NCBI RefSeq assembly: GCF_031547805.1
Contig: NZ_JAVBRQ010000015.1
Coordinates: 4,938-68,937, forward strand
Direction: 5' to 3'
Length of the DNA: 64,000 nt
Source of the DNA: Desulfobulbus sp.
Lineage (GTDB): Bacteria; Desulfobacterota; Desulfobulbia; Desulfobulbales; Desulfobulbaceae
Shown here: positions 8,802-19,248 of the stretch, piece by piece
Layout of the letters: each line of letters starts with the position of its first letter
Position numbering within the stretch: the stretch's first letter is position 1
Position numbers and translations under genes: made by a program
The notes under the pieces: model-generated
The model's input: the letters and a program-made list of their open reading frames with translations, nothing else
Database searches by the model: none
What the model was told of the DNA's origin: nothing

Positions 8802-10049
8802 TCATGTTGCGCTCCCGTGTTGCCGCACCAAAGGGGCGTTTTTCCAAGCGTGGAGCAAAGCTGCCGACAAGCCGATGCCCACCACCACCTCGGTGGCCAC
8901 GGTCATCCATACTGCGGCCCAGACACCGTAGATGGGCATCAGCAACCAGTTGCCGCCGACATTGAACACAGCGGCCACCGTGGCTGTCCATGCATACCGG
9001 CGGTCAAGCCCCAAAGCAAAAACCCCTTGCGCAAGTACCGTGTTGGCCAGGGAAAACACCAGCATGAAACAAAGCACCTTAAACAAGGTGCCAGCAAATA
9101 CGAATTTTTCACCGAAAAACAACGGAAACAATATATCAGCCGTGGGTAGGGCCATCAAAAAAATCATCGCCCCCATCCCCCCAGCCAGCAAGGAAAAACG
9201 CACGATGCCGATCACAACTTCTCTGACCGGTGTTTCCACGTTCAATCGAAAACGGCGAAACAGCATGAGACTTATCGGCGATGCGAGTAGCAGAAAGGCA
9301 TCGATCAAGCGAAACGCCACGGCATAGGCGCCGACGTCGGCGTTTGGCATATCCAACAGCTCACACAAAAGCATATCTGACCGAAAATAGATCACCGAGG
9401 CCAGGTCAAGCCAGATGAGGGGAACAACAACAGCGTAGATTCTTCTAGGAATTTTAAAAACAGGAAGCACCCAGCCATTACGCATGAGCAGCAACAGAAA
9501 AAACACCATGCCCATGCAATGCGCCCCTAAGACCTCCCAAGGTTCATCTGCCCCCCACCATAGAGCAAAAGCGATGCTGGCGGCTGTCAATGCCCGGCCG
9601 CCGATCTGCCACGCGGCATCCCGGACCAGGCGGCCTTGACCGCGGAGAATGGCGAGCGAAAACTGCCCGAGCACAGTTACGCCAAAGGCACCCACTGTTG
9701 CCAGCAAGGTCAATCGATGCGAAAAAAATGGGCCCGTCATCGCCAGAAGCGCCAGCAACGCAATGGTCATGTAGGCGTGACCAAACGCGAATCCATGCAG
9801 TTTTTCGCTATATTCCTCCAATGCCAAGGATGTGCGGGCTTTCTCGCGAAGCAGAAGCTTGCCGAAACCGCCATCGACAAGGATCGCCAACAGAATGCCG
9901 AACGAAGTCGCCTGTGCGTAGACACCAAAGGTTTCTGGCCCAAAACGACGGGCAATGAACACGCTGAGGATAAACGACACCCCGCCGATAAAACCGATCG
10001 CCAGCCACTGCGCCCCAAGAAAACGCCGAAGCATTCCATATCCTTGCAT
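8802..10049 (-). CDS. Wzx-like MOP-family polysaccharide flippase
   Basis: About 416 aa and almost entirely hydrophobic helices (12 or more). It resembles 'polysaccharide biosynthesis protein'/Wzx in look and length. The start was moved to ATG 10049 (MQGYGMLRRF...). Confidence 0.65.
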   Translation of the reverse strand: MQGYGMLRRFLGAQWLAIGFIGGVSFILSVFIARRFGPETFGVYAQATSFGILLAILVDGGFGKLLLREKARTSLALEEYSEKLHGFAFGHAYMTIALLALLAMTGPFFSHRLTLLATVGAFGVTVLGQFSLAILRGQGRLVRDAAWQIGGRALTAASIAFALWWGADEPWEVLGAHCMGMVFFLLLLMRNGWVLPVFKIPRRIYAVVVPLIWLDLASVIYFRSDMLLCELLDMPNADVGAYAVAFRLIDAFLLLASPISLMLFRRFRLNVETPVREVVIGIVRFSLLAGGMGAMIFLMALPTADILFPLFFGEKFVFAGTLFKVLCFMLVFSLANTVLAQGVFALGLDRRYAWTATVAAVFNVGGNWLLMPIYGVWAAVWMTVATEVVVGIGLSAALLHAWKNAPLVRQHGSAT

Positions 10050-10241
10050 TCGCGTTTCCCCGAATATCACACAACAAAAACGCGGCGATGGACATCGTTC
10101 ATCTCTGCGGTTGATTGTTCCCCAAAAAATCCGGCCATACACCTCGGCGTGAGAGTTGTTGCAGCTTTTCCGTGATATCGGACTAATAGGATACATCCTG
10201 CTGCTTCGACAGCGAGCCGCATCGGTGTACTCATCATGTCT

Positions 10242-11003
10242 TCATGAAGCATTTGGCACTCCGGGTAGTCGCCCCCAATGTTTCAAAAAATAGCGAACCA
10301 TGCTCGACAAATGCCAACGCATATAGCGAAATTGACTATGGCTGTCGCGCCGGGCATCATGTACAACCGAGATGACAGGGCATGCGATGACCTTCATCCC
10401 GGCGTTCCAAGCTCGTACACAGATATCCACATCCTCGTAATAGAGGAAGAAGCGTTCGTCAAATCCACGAAGTTGCTTGAAGGCATCGCTACGGAACAAC
10501 ATGAACATGCCGGCAACCCACTCTGGGAAAAAGACCGAGGAATCGTCCGGAATCCGGCAACGACCATCCGATACACCCAAGGTTTTCAGCAACAGGGACC
10601 GGATGGTGGGAAAAGTACGCATACTGTCTTCCACTCCGCCCAAAGGATTTCTGACAAGTGGCGCCGCAATGACGGCTTTGGCCTCCTCCTCCATGACAGC
10701 AAGTAAAAATGGAAAGGGATTGTTTTCTAACTGGATATCCGGATTCAGGGAACAAAAATACGGTTGATTGCAGTGGTTGAACGCCGCATTGTGGTTGGCT
10801 CCGAAGCCTGCCGGCCGAGAGTTGTCGATCAACCTTATCCGGGTATCTTGCGGCAGCATCAACGATTCTGGAATATTACGCGTTACAATAAGTTGTCCGA
10901 CTTCCGGATAATTTAACAAAACTGTGACGAGTCGCTCCACCATGGTGCCGTGACCATGACTGACAACCGATATAGCAACTGATTGCGAATAATTCCGGTT
11001 CAT
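10242..11003 (-). CDS. glycosyltransferase family 2
   Basis: 253 aa. It has 'VAISVVSHGHG' at the N-terminus, a 'NPD' (DxD-like) motif and 'FFLYYEDVDICVR', as in GT2 rhamnosyl/glycosyl transferases. Confidence 0.7.
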   Translation of the reverse strand: MNRNYSQSVAISVVSHGHGTMVERLVTVLLNYPEVGQLIVTRNIPESLMLPQDTRIRLIDNSRPAGFGANHNAAFNHCNQPYFCSLNPDIQLENNPFPFLLAVMEEEAKAVIAAPLVRNPLGGVEDSMRTFPTIRSLLLKTLGVSDGRCRIPDDSSVFFPEWVAGMFMLFRSDAFKQLRGFDERFFLYYEDVDICVRAWNAGMKVIACPVISVVHDARRDSHSQFRYMRWHLSSMVRYFLKHWGRLPGVPNAS

Positions 11004-11108
11004 CCGTCAGTTTACTGGAGAAATGAAGGGCGAGCCAAAAATGACATGAGCGATTTGGCTATTTGGCCTAATAGTCGCTGTTATTGAGCACGTTTTTCAT
11101 GGGTGCGC

Positions 11109-12065
11109 TCAATGATGGGATCGGCTGAGCATTGTGAGGCAAACAAGAAAACCTGCCGTACGAAGCACTCCTTGTCTAAAAAAACGATATTTGAATACTG
11201 TTTTGATACGCTCCATTCTTGACATGCGTGGAAGATCAACGTAGGCATTAATCATAGTGCTCATTGAAGAAGGTATTTGATCACGATACCGGTCCAATAT
11301 AGCCTGCGCTTGATCCATTGCATATAATATAGATTTTTGAGAAACTCTAAAATTTTGCATATGATACACAATCCTCCCGAGCCCCCACTGCTTCGCACCG
11401 ACACAATTTTTGTGGTGCTGCCGATACAAAATCGTTGGCTCATCCAAAAAGGCAATTTTACCAAATAGGGCGGCAATCAATGCCAGCCACCAATCGTGCA
11501 TGACTGCCTTCTTTGAAACTGGAGTCGCCAGTTTTATCAAAGGGCGATTTATCATCATCGTACAACCTGTTGCAATATTTTGCGTCAGGAGGCGATGCAT
11601 TTGAGAACCAGAACGAGGAGAAAGATGTTGGTATTTCAACAATGAGGAAGCGATGGGTTGCAGTTGCTCATCAACGATACGCAAATCTGTATGGATCAAT
11701 ATTGGTTTATCATGACCGTATTTTTGTTCAATCGATTTCATCAGTTTGAGCGTTTTGGCAATTTTATCCGGCAGCCAAACATCGTCCTGATCACAAAGCA
11801 TAATATAATTTGCGGCCGACTTTTCCAATAGGTATGAAAAATTTCCACAGGCTCCTTTGGTTTGAAAATATTCATCATCAAACAATACTTTTTCAGGGCA
11901 TTGGCACGCCAATATATTGATTATTTCAATGGTACGATCGACTGACCCATCATCTCTAATGATCAACCTCCAATCTGTATAATCCTGGTCAACGAGTGAT
12001 TTCAACTGTTCACGAAGGAACGTTTCTCCGTTAAATGATGCAAGAAGTATGTCGATTTGATACAT
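11109..12065 (-). CDS. glycosyltransferase family 2 (WbbL/rhamnosyltransferase-like)
   Basis: 318 aa with 'IDILLASFNGETFLREQLKSLVDQDYTDWRLIIRDDGSVD' and 'CDQDDVW' (DxD). The start codon overlaps the upstream stop by 1 nt (TAATG). Confidence 0.8.
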   Translation of the reverse strand: MYQIDILLASFNGETFLREQLKSLVDQDYTDWRLIIRDDGSVDRTIEIINILACQCPEKVLFDDEYFQTKGACGNFSYLLEKSAANYIMLCDQDDVWLPDKIAKTLKLMKSIEQKYGHDKPILIHTDLRIVDEQLQPIASSLLKYQHLSPRSGSQMHRLLTQNIATGCTMMINRPLIKLATPVSKKAVMHDWWLALIAALFGKIAFLDEPTILYRQHHKNCVGAKQWGLGRIVYHMQNFRVSQKSILYAMDQAQAILDRYRDQIPSSMSTMINAYVDLPRMSRMERIKTVFKYRFFRQGVLRTAGFLVCLTMLSRSHH

Positions 12066-13369
12066 TAGTTTTTTAAATTAAGGAGACCATCAACCAAGTG
12101 TATAGCATTGTTTTCAAATTGCTCTATGGAAAAGAAACGCTCATAGGCTGCCCGTGCCGGAGTGGCAAAACGTTCTATCAATTCCGGCTGGTTGACAATG
12201 TTCGTGATCGCATCCGCCAACGCCTCTGGAGAACCTGCCGGAATCAGTATTGCCTCCTCATGATTCAACAAATGCGCCTGCCCTATCGCATCAGAAATGA
12301 TGCAAAGCTTCGAACACATTAAGGCCTCTGTTACTACAACCGGCATGGGATCGTCTGTGGATGGGCAAATGAGCACATCCAAAGAAGCAAGCAGTTTGAG
12401 GCAGTCGTCATTGGACATTGTTCCACGATAGTCGATATTGGAAAATTTTCTCATTTTTACAAGAATATCCTTGGTATAGTCAGGATTTCCATCGGGGTCA
12501 TAAGGCTCGCCAACGATGATAACACGAATTCTCTCAAGAACAGGGGAAGAAAGTTGCGCCAGAGCGGACAACAAAATATCCTGCCCTTTACGGCGAATGA
12601 ATGAACCGATAAGACCAAATACTATCTCCCGGGAACACAGGGGCGCATTTTTCTCCGTGGTGGCACGATCTGCCACGCCGTAGCGTAAATATGCAGTTTT
12701 ATCTTCGGAAACGTATCTTCGTCCGCAAGCTTCGGAATTTGGACTAACCCACCATACAGCCCGCATCATATCAAAACAGCGGGGAAACACAGGAGGCGCA
12801 TAACGAAAACCTTCGGCACTTTCATGAATCCACCAGGCCATGGGAAGCCCGTGGGAGGCAAAATTCTGCAAAAATATTGATGAGGCAAGGCTGTTCACAA
12901 TAATTGCATCAAAATGGCGGCAAAACAGTTCTTGGCAAAAGAGGTCTCGCTGTGCGGAGAGATAGTTTTCGTCAATAATCACGGTCATGCCTACGCGTTC
13001 CAGCACATCTTTGAGAGGACCATCTCGCAGGGCCAGAATAACAGGAGGGAGGCCATAGTGTTTAGCCAGCGTTTGCGCAAGTTGTACTCCGACAATAGGC
13101 GCTCCGGTTAAAGAGAGTTCGTGGAAGATGAACAAGATTGAGGGAGGTTTCCCTGATCGATCGCGGCAAAATAAATGCTGTGCCTGTGCGGAAAGCAGAA
13201 AACGTTGTATTGAGGTCCGGGTGATTACGGAGGCATTCTGCGATGTAATTTCAGATAGATAACGATTGAGATAATGCAAAAACAACTTTCTGTTTTGTTG
13301 CGTGACGAGAGACTTGAGCAACAGAAAGCCCTTTTTTATTTTTCCCCATGTTATGCTGCGATGTGTCAT
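12065..13369 (-). CDS. glycosyltransferase family 4 (GT-B)
   Basis: 434 aa. The C-terminal half shows the GT4 pattern ('GSFIRRKGQDILL', 'PSTDDPMPVVVTEALMCSKLCIISD'). Confidence 0.75.
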   Translation of the reverse strand: MTHRSITWGKIKKGFLLLKSLVTQQNRKLFLHYLNRYLSEITSQNASVITRTSIQRFLLSAQAQHLFCRDRSGKPPSILFIFHELSLTGAPIVGVQLAQTLAKHYGLPPVILALRDGPLKDVLERVGMTVIIDENYLSAQRDLFCQELFCRHFDAIIVNSLASSIFLQNFASHGLPMAWWIHESAEGFRYAPPVFPRCFDMMRAVWWVSPNSEACGRRYVSEDKTAYLRYGVADRATTEKNAPLCSREIVFGLIGSFIRRKGQDILLSALAQLSSPVLERIRVIIVGEPYDPDGNPDYTKDILVKMRKFSNIDYRGTMSNDDCLKLLASLDVLICPSTDDPMPVVVTEALMCSKLCIISDAIGQAHLLNHEEAILIPAGSPEALADAITNIVNQPELIERFATPARAAYERFFSIEQFENNAIHLVDGLLNLKN

Positions 13370-13382
13370 AATATCACACTTC

Positions 13383-16300
13383 TCAGGCAGAAATTAACTC
13401 ATTGTAAAGCTGTCGATAAGCCAAAACCATTGTCGGTAATGAGAACAAACGGATCGCTCGTTCCTGGTGCTGCTTCCCCAACTTTTCGCGTCGAGGGGTA
13501 TCGTCCAGCAATTCACACACTTTTTTTGCAAATTGCGCGGAATGCCCTGCAGGCACCAAACTCGAAGGCGTATCTAAAATTTCTCCCAACGCTCCGACAT
13601 TATGGGCAACCACAGGCAGCTGCAAGGCCATGGCAATAGGGGTTACCTGACCAAAGCTTTCAGCTATGACAGGTGCAAGAAACACAGACATCCTGGAATA
13701 ATGGTTCGGCAAGTCCTCGAAAGCCACATGCCCCACAAGTTGAAACTGGGCAGCAACCCCCGCGTCGGCGATCTTTGCCTTTATTTGCTCGTAGAGAGCG
13801 CCTCCCCCGACAACAAGGATGGTGACAGCAGGCCGCATCATTGCCAGTGCAATAAGTGGATCAAAGGACTCAATCGTTATTTTATCTCCATCCAGCCTGT
13901 ACACCATTCCCACGCAATTCGGATCCCGTAGCGACATGTCCGCATGCCTGAAATAGTGATCAAAATCCACGCCGGGATAAATGACGAGGTTCTTTCCGTC
14001 GTTTTTTCCAAATGTTTCTTCAGTATATCGGCTGACAAAAACATTTTTTGTCACAACAGGTGATTCGTAGGGTTCAACGGGAGTATTGACGTGTTGAATG
14101 ACTGGAACAGTCACATGCGCAAGATTGTCAAAAATACGAGAATACCAGGGCATATCACCTGCGCCCCAATAATGGACATGGATGCAATCTGGCATATATG
14201 CATCGAATCTGTCGCGAAACACGCAATCAGGCGTATCCAAGGGAAGCTCCTCAACAGTAACGCCAAGGTAGGCCTGAGGGGAGGGGTTCGACTGCGCAAT
14301 GATGTGATGTCGAAACTCCGGTCCGACGCCTTCAACAATATCCGCAATCAATTTGCTGGATCCCCCCATATGAAAGTTGCCGATAATATGGAGAATTCGT
14401 TTGGCGTTTGCGGCGGGCACGGGCGCTTGTATGAGATAGGGAGTCGCCGCGTTGTGGGACAATCCTTTGTTTGGGCATTCAACAGTGCGGAATATTGCCA
14501 ATATTCTGGAAACATACCGTTCGCACGTAAAGTCACGGACATACGCATAAGCGTATCGCACCATATCCGGGTCGGGGTGCAGCAAAAATTTCTTTAACTT
14601 TTCTGCCATATCCGCAACATCCAGGTGCCGGGCAATAATGCCGCGACCTTCTCCAAGCATCTCTTCCGCGCCACCGGTGCCGGAAAATGCGGCGGCGGGC
14701 AGGCGTGCCCGCATGGCCTCAAGAACAACTGTGGGGAAGGGATCTTCGCGCGAACTCAGGAAAAAAAGGTCGGACCCGCAGAAATACATAGAGGGATCGT
14801 TCTCAAATTTATCCAGAAAAATGAAACGGTCAGCCAGTGGCCCGTTCTGGAGATTTTGCTGTATCCCCGCAATGTATGCGGGGTCGGCATTATTGCCCAG
14901 CCAAACAAAAAAAATATCCTGCATGCTGCTGCCCAAGCATGTCAGAACATCGGTGAACAAATCGACGCCTTTGCGGGGCGCCGCTTGACCACAGCCAAAA
15001 ATAATACGGGCATCCTGGGGGATACCGAGTTGCGTACGTAACTTCGTTCTTGTTTCTTCTCGAGAATAAGGCGTACTGTAATGACGAGCACCCTGTCCAA
15101 GCACAACAGTTTTTCCGGGAAGCTTTGCGGGAAAAGGAAAGGCTTTTCTGACAACGTTACCGCCAAAAATGACGGCATCAGAATATGTGGCCAGTTGCTC
15201 TGCATTCGTCAGAAGATTTCCCTGCTCTATCACTCGCAGCATTTCATGAACCAGGGAAATGATCGTCATGTCGTGTTGCTTCAAGAGTTTTGTCAAGGAC
15301 CCGGAAATGACGGTATTGGCGATCACCCGCCTGACACCGTTTTGCGCCAGACGGGCAACAATCCGTTCGACACGTCCGGGCAACGAATCTCCGCATGCAT
15401 ATTGCATATCAAGCAAATGGACAGTGCCCAGTTCATGGAACTCGCCAAGCTTCGGACCGCCTTGATAGATGAGGAAATGCAGGGAAAAATCATAGTGTTG
15501 ACGCAAAAAGCGAGCCAGACGCAGTGCAAGGATTGTCGCCCCGCCAAGACGTGCGTCGTGCGAGACTATAATCATGGCCTCCCGGCCTGGTGCAAAGTTA
15601 CCCACGGTCCGGAAGCCGCCTCGCGCGGCAAGTATACGGGCGACAGGCCCTCTCTCAAGCATAGTTGCATAGAGCTTGCGTGTCAGCGCGGAAAAGCCAT
15701 GAACTCTTTTATAACGCCAAGCTGTTTGCGCCAGGTTACCCCCCTGCCGCAAACGGCTTGCAGCGATACGCAACGGGTGTGTTAGACGCCACGAGCGGGA
15801 ACCATACAAACCCGCCAAATCCCTTTGCGCCTGTGCACAGCCTTGTTCCAATTTTTGTATTTTTTCAACATTGAAAAAAACATCATATCTTCTCGCCAAA
15901 CTCCGCATTTGTACTGTTGTAAAACCATAGACCCTTTCCAGGGCCGCACGCGTCTCGTCTTCGTTCAACAAATCCATAAGCAAATGCAAACCAAAGTGTA
16001 CGCAATATGGCCGGTGCTCTTGTCTCAGACAAAGGTGCGCAAAGGCATAGCGAGGTTCGCACCAATCATTGATCATGAACTCTTCAAACTCGGGAAAAAC
16101 ACGCAGCCAGTCTTCCTGCGATGGCAAACCAAGAAAACATTCCAATATATATGAAAATTCAGCCATATACTGTTTTTTTGCCGTGGTTGTATCGCCACTA
16201 TCACTAGTCCTGTACCATCTGAATTGGGTTAACTTTTCCTGCAACACAAAAATATCGTCGCGCAGGCATATGCATACCCAATTTCGCAAATCGTTGATCA

Positions 16301-16832
16301 GTGTGGGGCCATAGTTCGTATACAGCCGTTTGGCATAATCCGCTTTCATCAACACGGAAGGATGGCATAGCGCATTGGCATGAAAAAAGAAAAAACGGAG
16401 CCATTCATGCTTGGTCTTGTTTTTCTGATCGAATGCGGGCACTGGAATTTTGTTCCCTTGTAGGTCTATACCCTCCACGCGGGTAAAAACAGCCGCATAC
16501 TGTGGATTATCTTCAATAAAAGCCACCTGCTTTTCAAGCTTCTCGGGCATCCAGATGTCATCGGAATGATGCAGTGCAAAATATTCTCCATTGAGGGACT
16601 GGATCATGTCAAAAATGAACGCAGTCCGCCTGTTTTTGGGAGAGCGCACGGCACGAATACGGGGATCGCCGTACGATTGGATAACCTCCCAGGAATTATC
16701 GGCGGAACAATCGTCTGCAATGACCAACTCAAAGTCAGTCATCGTCTGCCGCAAAACGCTGTCTATGCTCTCGCGTAAAAAATGCGCATGATTATAAGAA
16801 GTGAGTAATACAGAAACTTTCGGTCTTGCCAT
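13383..16832 (-). CDS. three-domain glycosyltransferase (N-terminal GT2 plus two GT4-like GT-B modules); candidate glycan polymerase
   Basis: 1149 aa. GT2 motifs are 'VSVLLTSYNHAHFLRESIDSVLRQT...ADDCSAD' and 'HSDDIW'. The middle module has 'IIVSHDARLGGATILALRLA...SSREDPFPTVVLEAM'. The C-terminal module has 'ILHIIGNFHMGGSSKL...VIAESFGQVTPIAMALQLPVV'. Confidence 0.8.
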   Translation of the reverse strand: MARPKVSVLLTSYNHAHFLRESIDSVLRQTMTDFELVIADDCSADNSWEVIQSYGDPRIRAVRSPKNRRTAFIFDMIQSLNGEYFALHHSDDIWMPEKLEKQVAFIEDNPQYAAVFTRVEGIDLQGNKIPVPAFDQKNKTKHEWLRFFFFHANALCHPSVLMKADYAKRLYTNYGPTLINDLRNWVCICLRDDIFVLQEKLTQFRWYRTSDSGDTTTAKKQYMAEFSYILECFLGLPSQEDWLRVFPEFEEFMINDWCEPRYAFAHLCLRQEHRPYCVHFGLHLLMDLLNEDETRAALERVYGFTTVQMRSLARRYDVFFNVEKIQKLEQGCAQAQRDLAGLYGSRSWRLTHPLRIAASRLRQGGNLAQTAWRYKRVHGFSALTRKLYATMLERGPVARILAARGGFRTVGNFAPGREAMIIVSHDARLGGATILALRLARFLRQHYDFSLHFLIYQGGPKLGEFHELGTVHLLDMQYACGDSLPGRVERIVARLAQNGVRRVIANTVISGSLTKLLKQHDMTIISLVHEMLRVIEQGNLLTNAEQLATYSDAVIFGGNVVRKAFPFPAKLPGKTVVLGQGARHYSTPYSREETRTKLRTQLGIPQDARIIFGCGQAAPRKGVDLFTDVLTCLGSSMQDIFFVWLGNNADPAYIAGIQQNLQNGPLADRFIFLDKFENDPSMYFCGSDLFFLSSREDPFPTVVLEAMRARLPAAAFSGTGGAEEMLGEGRGIIARHLDVADMAEKLKKFLLHPDPDMVRYAYAYVRDFTCERYVSRILAIFRTVECPNKGLSHNAATPYLIQAPVPAANAKRILHIIGNFHMGGSSKLIADIVEGVGPEFRHHIIAQSNPSPQAYLGVTVEELPLDTPDCVFRDRFDAYMPDCIHVHYWGAGDMPWYSRIFDNLAHVTVPVIQHVNTPVEPYESPVVTKNVFVSRYTEETFGKNDGKNLVIYPGVDFDHYFRHADMSLRDPNCVGMVYRLDGDKITIESFDPLIALAMMRPAVTILVVGGGALYEQIKAKIADAGVAAQFQLVGHVAFEDLPNHYSRMSVFLAPVIAESFGQVTPIAMALQLPVVAHNVGALGEILDTPSSLVPAGHSAQFAKKVCELLDDTPRREKLGKQHQERAIRLFSLPTMVLAYRQLYNELISA

Positions 16833-16886
16833 CAGGTTGCCTGTTGATTTTTAGCCGCCGCAACGGACCGTTATATGTAATGATAC

Positions 16887-17834
16887 TTATTTCACTTCGC
16901 TTTCGGCTGAAAAATTTCGCTCCAGCCAGAAGAAGGAGCGCTTAACACCTTCTTCAAAGACAATTTCCGGCTTCCAACCCGTGTCCGTTTCCAGCCGGGT
17001 GGAGTTCAGAATGTTTTCACGCACGTCAAACATCCGCTCCGGCACATGTTGTATGGCCGGCATGGAATATGCCGTGGGCAAATTCCTTTGTAAAAGATCA
17101 AGCACCTGTGCGTTGTTCAGGCCGCGTCCTGTGCCAACATTATATGCCGTGCCCGGCACTCCTGCTTCCAATGCGGCCAGAACAGCCCGCGCCGCGTCTT
17201 CCACATGGATGTAATCGCGTACGGTGCCGGTGGAACCGAAAACCGTAATGGGCCTGCGCGCCAGAACGGAACCTATGGCCGTGGCAACAAAGCCCTGGCC
17301 GCGAAAAGGCATCTGTCCTTCACCATAGATGTTGCCCGGCCGCAGGCAAATAATCGGGATGCCGCGTTGCAGGCCATACATGGCCGCGTATTTTTCCGTG
17401 GCCAGCTTGGTGATTCCATAAGGAGACAGCGGTTCTAGGGGATGGTTTTCCGTAATGGGCAAAAACTGCGCCTGTCCGTATACCGTTCCACCGGAAGAAA
17501 GGAACACGAACCTGCCTTTGCACCGCTCTGCCGCGAACTGCAACAAACGGACAAAACGGGGCAGGTTTTCGCTGATATCCTTTATGGGATCCTCGTAGCT
17601 GGTTTGCGGCACCGAAGTATACGCCAGATCGACAATCTCGTCGAAATCACCACTCAGTCCGGACAAGCCACAATCCGCAGCCCCGGCAACGCTGTGATAC
17701 ATAACTCCTTTCGGCAGGGAAAGCTCGGAAACCGGCAGAAGATCGGCCACGTAGACCCTCCGCTCAGTCCGATTCAGCAAGTGTACGATATGACGGCCGA
17801 TAAATCCGGCGCCGCCCATAATTAATGTTCTCAT
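16887..17834 (-). CDS. NAD-dependent epimerase/dehydratase (SDR)
   Basis: 315 aa with 'IMGGAGFIGRHIV' and the extended SDR 'YGITK' catalytic YxxxK. Confidence 0.8.
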   Translation of the reverse strand: MRTLIMGGAGFIGRHIVHLLNRTERRVYVADLLPVSELSLPKGVMYHSVAGAADCGLSGLSGDFDEIVDLAYTSVPQTSYEDPIKDISENLPRFVRLLQFAAERCKGRFVFLSSGGTVYGQAQFLPITENHPLEPLSPYGITKLATEKYAAMYGLQRGIPIICLRPGNIYGEGQMPFRGQGFVATAIGSVLARRPITVFGSTGTVRDYIHVEDAARAVLAALEAGVPGTAYNVGTGRGLNNAQVLDLLQRNLPTAYSMPAIQHVPERMFDVRENILNSTRLETDTGWKPEIVFEEGVKRSFFWLERNFSAESEVK

Positions 17835-17897
17835 GGATGCAATAGCTTATATAGAAGACCTAACAGGTTTTTTCTTTTCATGGTTGCTGGGCCTGAC

Positions 17898-18614
17898 TTA
17901 CATCACATACTCTACAGGTTTCCTGCCGCATTGCGCGCGCACCTCTTCCGGGCTGTTCCACATCAGAACGTCCAGTATGGAAAGATGCGGCTCGTACGCA
18001 TAGGGTTTGCAGTCATAAGCAAAGCTTGGGATGCCGGTGAAACCGAGTCGGATGCCTCGTTGCGCGAATTCTTCAGGCCGGAACAGCGCCCGCCCGCCCG
18101 GCGTGTTCAGATAGGTGCCGGCACCGAGCAGAGTACATATTTCCAGAGCCCATTGTCCGGGATGCGTGATTTCCGGTAGCCTGAATCCGGCTTCGGAAGC
18201 GATGATGGGCCGAAATGGAATGGCGAGATAGTCACAAACAGCGGACAGGCCACTTACATCGATATCGGTGAGAGAATCGGAACGGGCCGTATCAAAGGCG
18301 CGTTCAACGATATGGACAACCTGTTTGTAGTAGGGAGCATGTTTTTTGTAATGATCTAGCTGGCCAAGTACCTTGTTCTGCGTTTTCATGCGATCGCACA
18401 GCTTGGTAGTTGAAATCGACATTTTTATCGAGCCATGCACATCACAATTGATATATTGCCAGCCTTGCTTGGGGTGTTGAATACGGTTGCGGGTCATCCA
18501 CGATTTTGGGGCATATTGAGTGAGATCGAACACTATCCAGGTGTCACAGCGGAAAATGTGGTCGAAATACCCGAAATACGGAAAAAAATATGGCTGCATA
18601 ATCCCCGCGATCAT
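17898..18614 (-). CDS. WbqC-like family protein (function unknown, glycan-locus associated)
   Basis: 238 aa. The N-terminus 'IMQPYFFPYFGYFDHI' is the hallmark of the WbqC-like family. Confidence 0.7.
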   Translation of the reverse strand: MIAGIMQPYFFPYFGYFDHIFRCDTWIVFDLTQYAPKSWMTRNRIQHPKQGWQYINCDVHGSIKMSISTTKLCDRMKTQNKVLGQLDHYKKHAPYYKQVVHIVERAFDTARSDSLTDIDVSGLSAVCDYLAIPFRPIIASEAGFRLPEITHPGQWALEICTLLGAGTYLNTPGGRALFRPEEFAQRGIRLGFTGIPSFAYDCKPYAYEPHLSILDVLMWNSPEEVRAQCGRKPVEYVM

Positions 18615-18639
18615 GCGAAAGCCCTTTTTTCAGCCATGA

Positions 18640-19248
18640 TCAATGCCCAATCTTCGCGTTTTCTTCAATAAAGCTTGCAAGGTACCTTGCACAGTCCTGC
18701 TCTGAAGCATGCTCCGTCCTGAGAATGCAATCAGGTGACTGCGGCACTTCATACCCAGAGGAAACTCCTGTATAGTTTCGTATCTTGCCTTGCCGCGCTT
18801 TTTCATAAAAGCCTTTGACATCACGGCGTTCACACTCTTCCACCGAGCAATCGACATGTACCTCGCGAAAAAAATCTTCCCCGATAATGCGCCGCGCTTC
18901 CTGGCGAAACGCCGCACTGGGAGAAATAAAAGCGCATAAGCAGATAATACCGCTCCTGACGAATATCTTCGCCAGTTCGGCAACTCTGCGGTTGTTTTCA
19001 CGCCGTTCTTCCATGGAAAAACCAAGGTCGCCACAAAGCCCAGCGCGGATTACATCACCATCCAGAACGGTAATACGGTAATTTTTTTGGAAAAGCAGCA
19101 CTTCAGCCGCATGGGCGAGCGTGGATTTTCCGGCGCCTGAAAGACCCGTAAGCCAAAACGCCATCCCCCTGTGGTTTTGCCTTGCCTCGCGCATTTCCTG
19201 ACTGACAAGGCTACGCGGAGCGATGAGATGTATAACATTATTCTTCAT
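18640..19248 (-). CDS. cysC: adenylyl-sulfate (APS) kinase
   Basis: P-loop 'FWLTGLSGAGKSTLA' and 'LDGDVIRAGLCGDLGFS' are typical of CysC. The start was set at ATG 19248, which overlaps the upstream stop (ATGA). The longer 270-aa ORF extension looks spurious. Confidence 0.9.
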   Translation of the reverse strand: MKNNVIHLIAPRSLVSQEMREARQNHRGMAFWLTGLSGAGKSTLAHAAEVLLFQKNYRITVLDGDVIRAGLCGDLGFSMEERRENNRRVAELAKIFVRSGIICLCAFISPSAAFRQEARRIIGEDFFREVHVDCSVEECERRDVKGFYEKARQGKIRNYTGVSSGYEVPQSPDCILRTEHASEQDCARYLASFIEENAKIGH

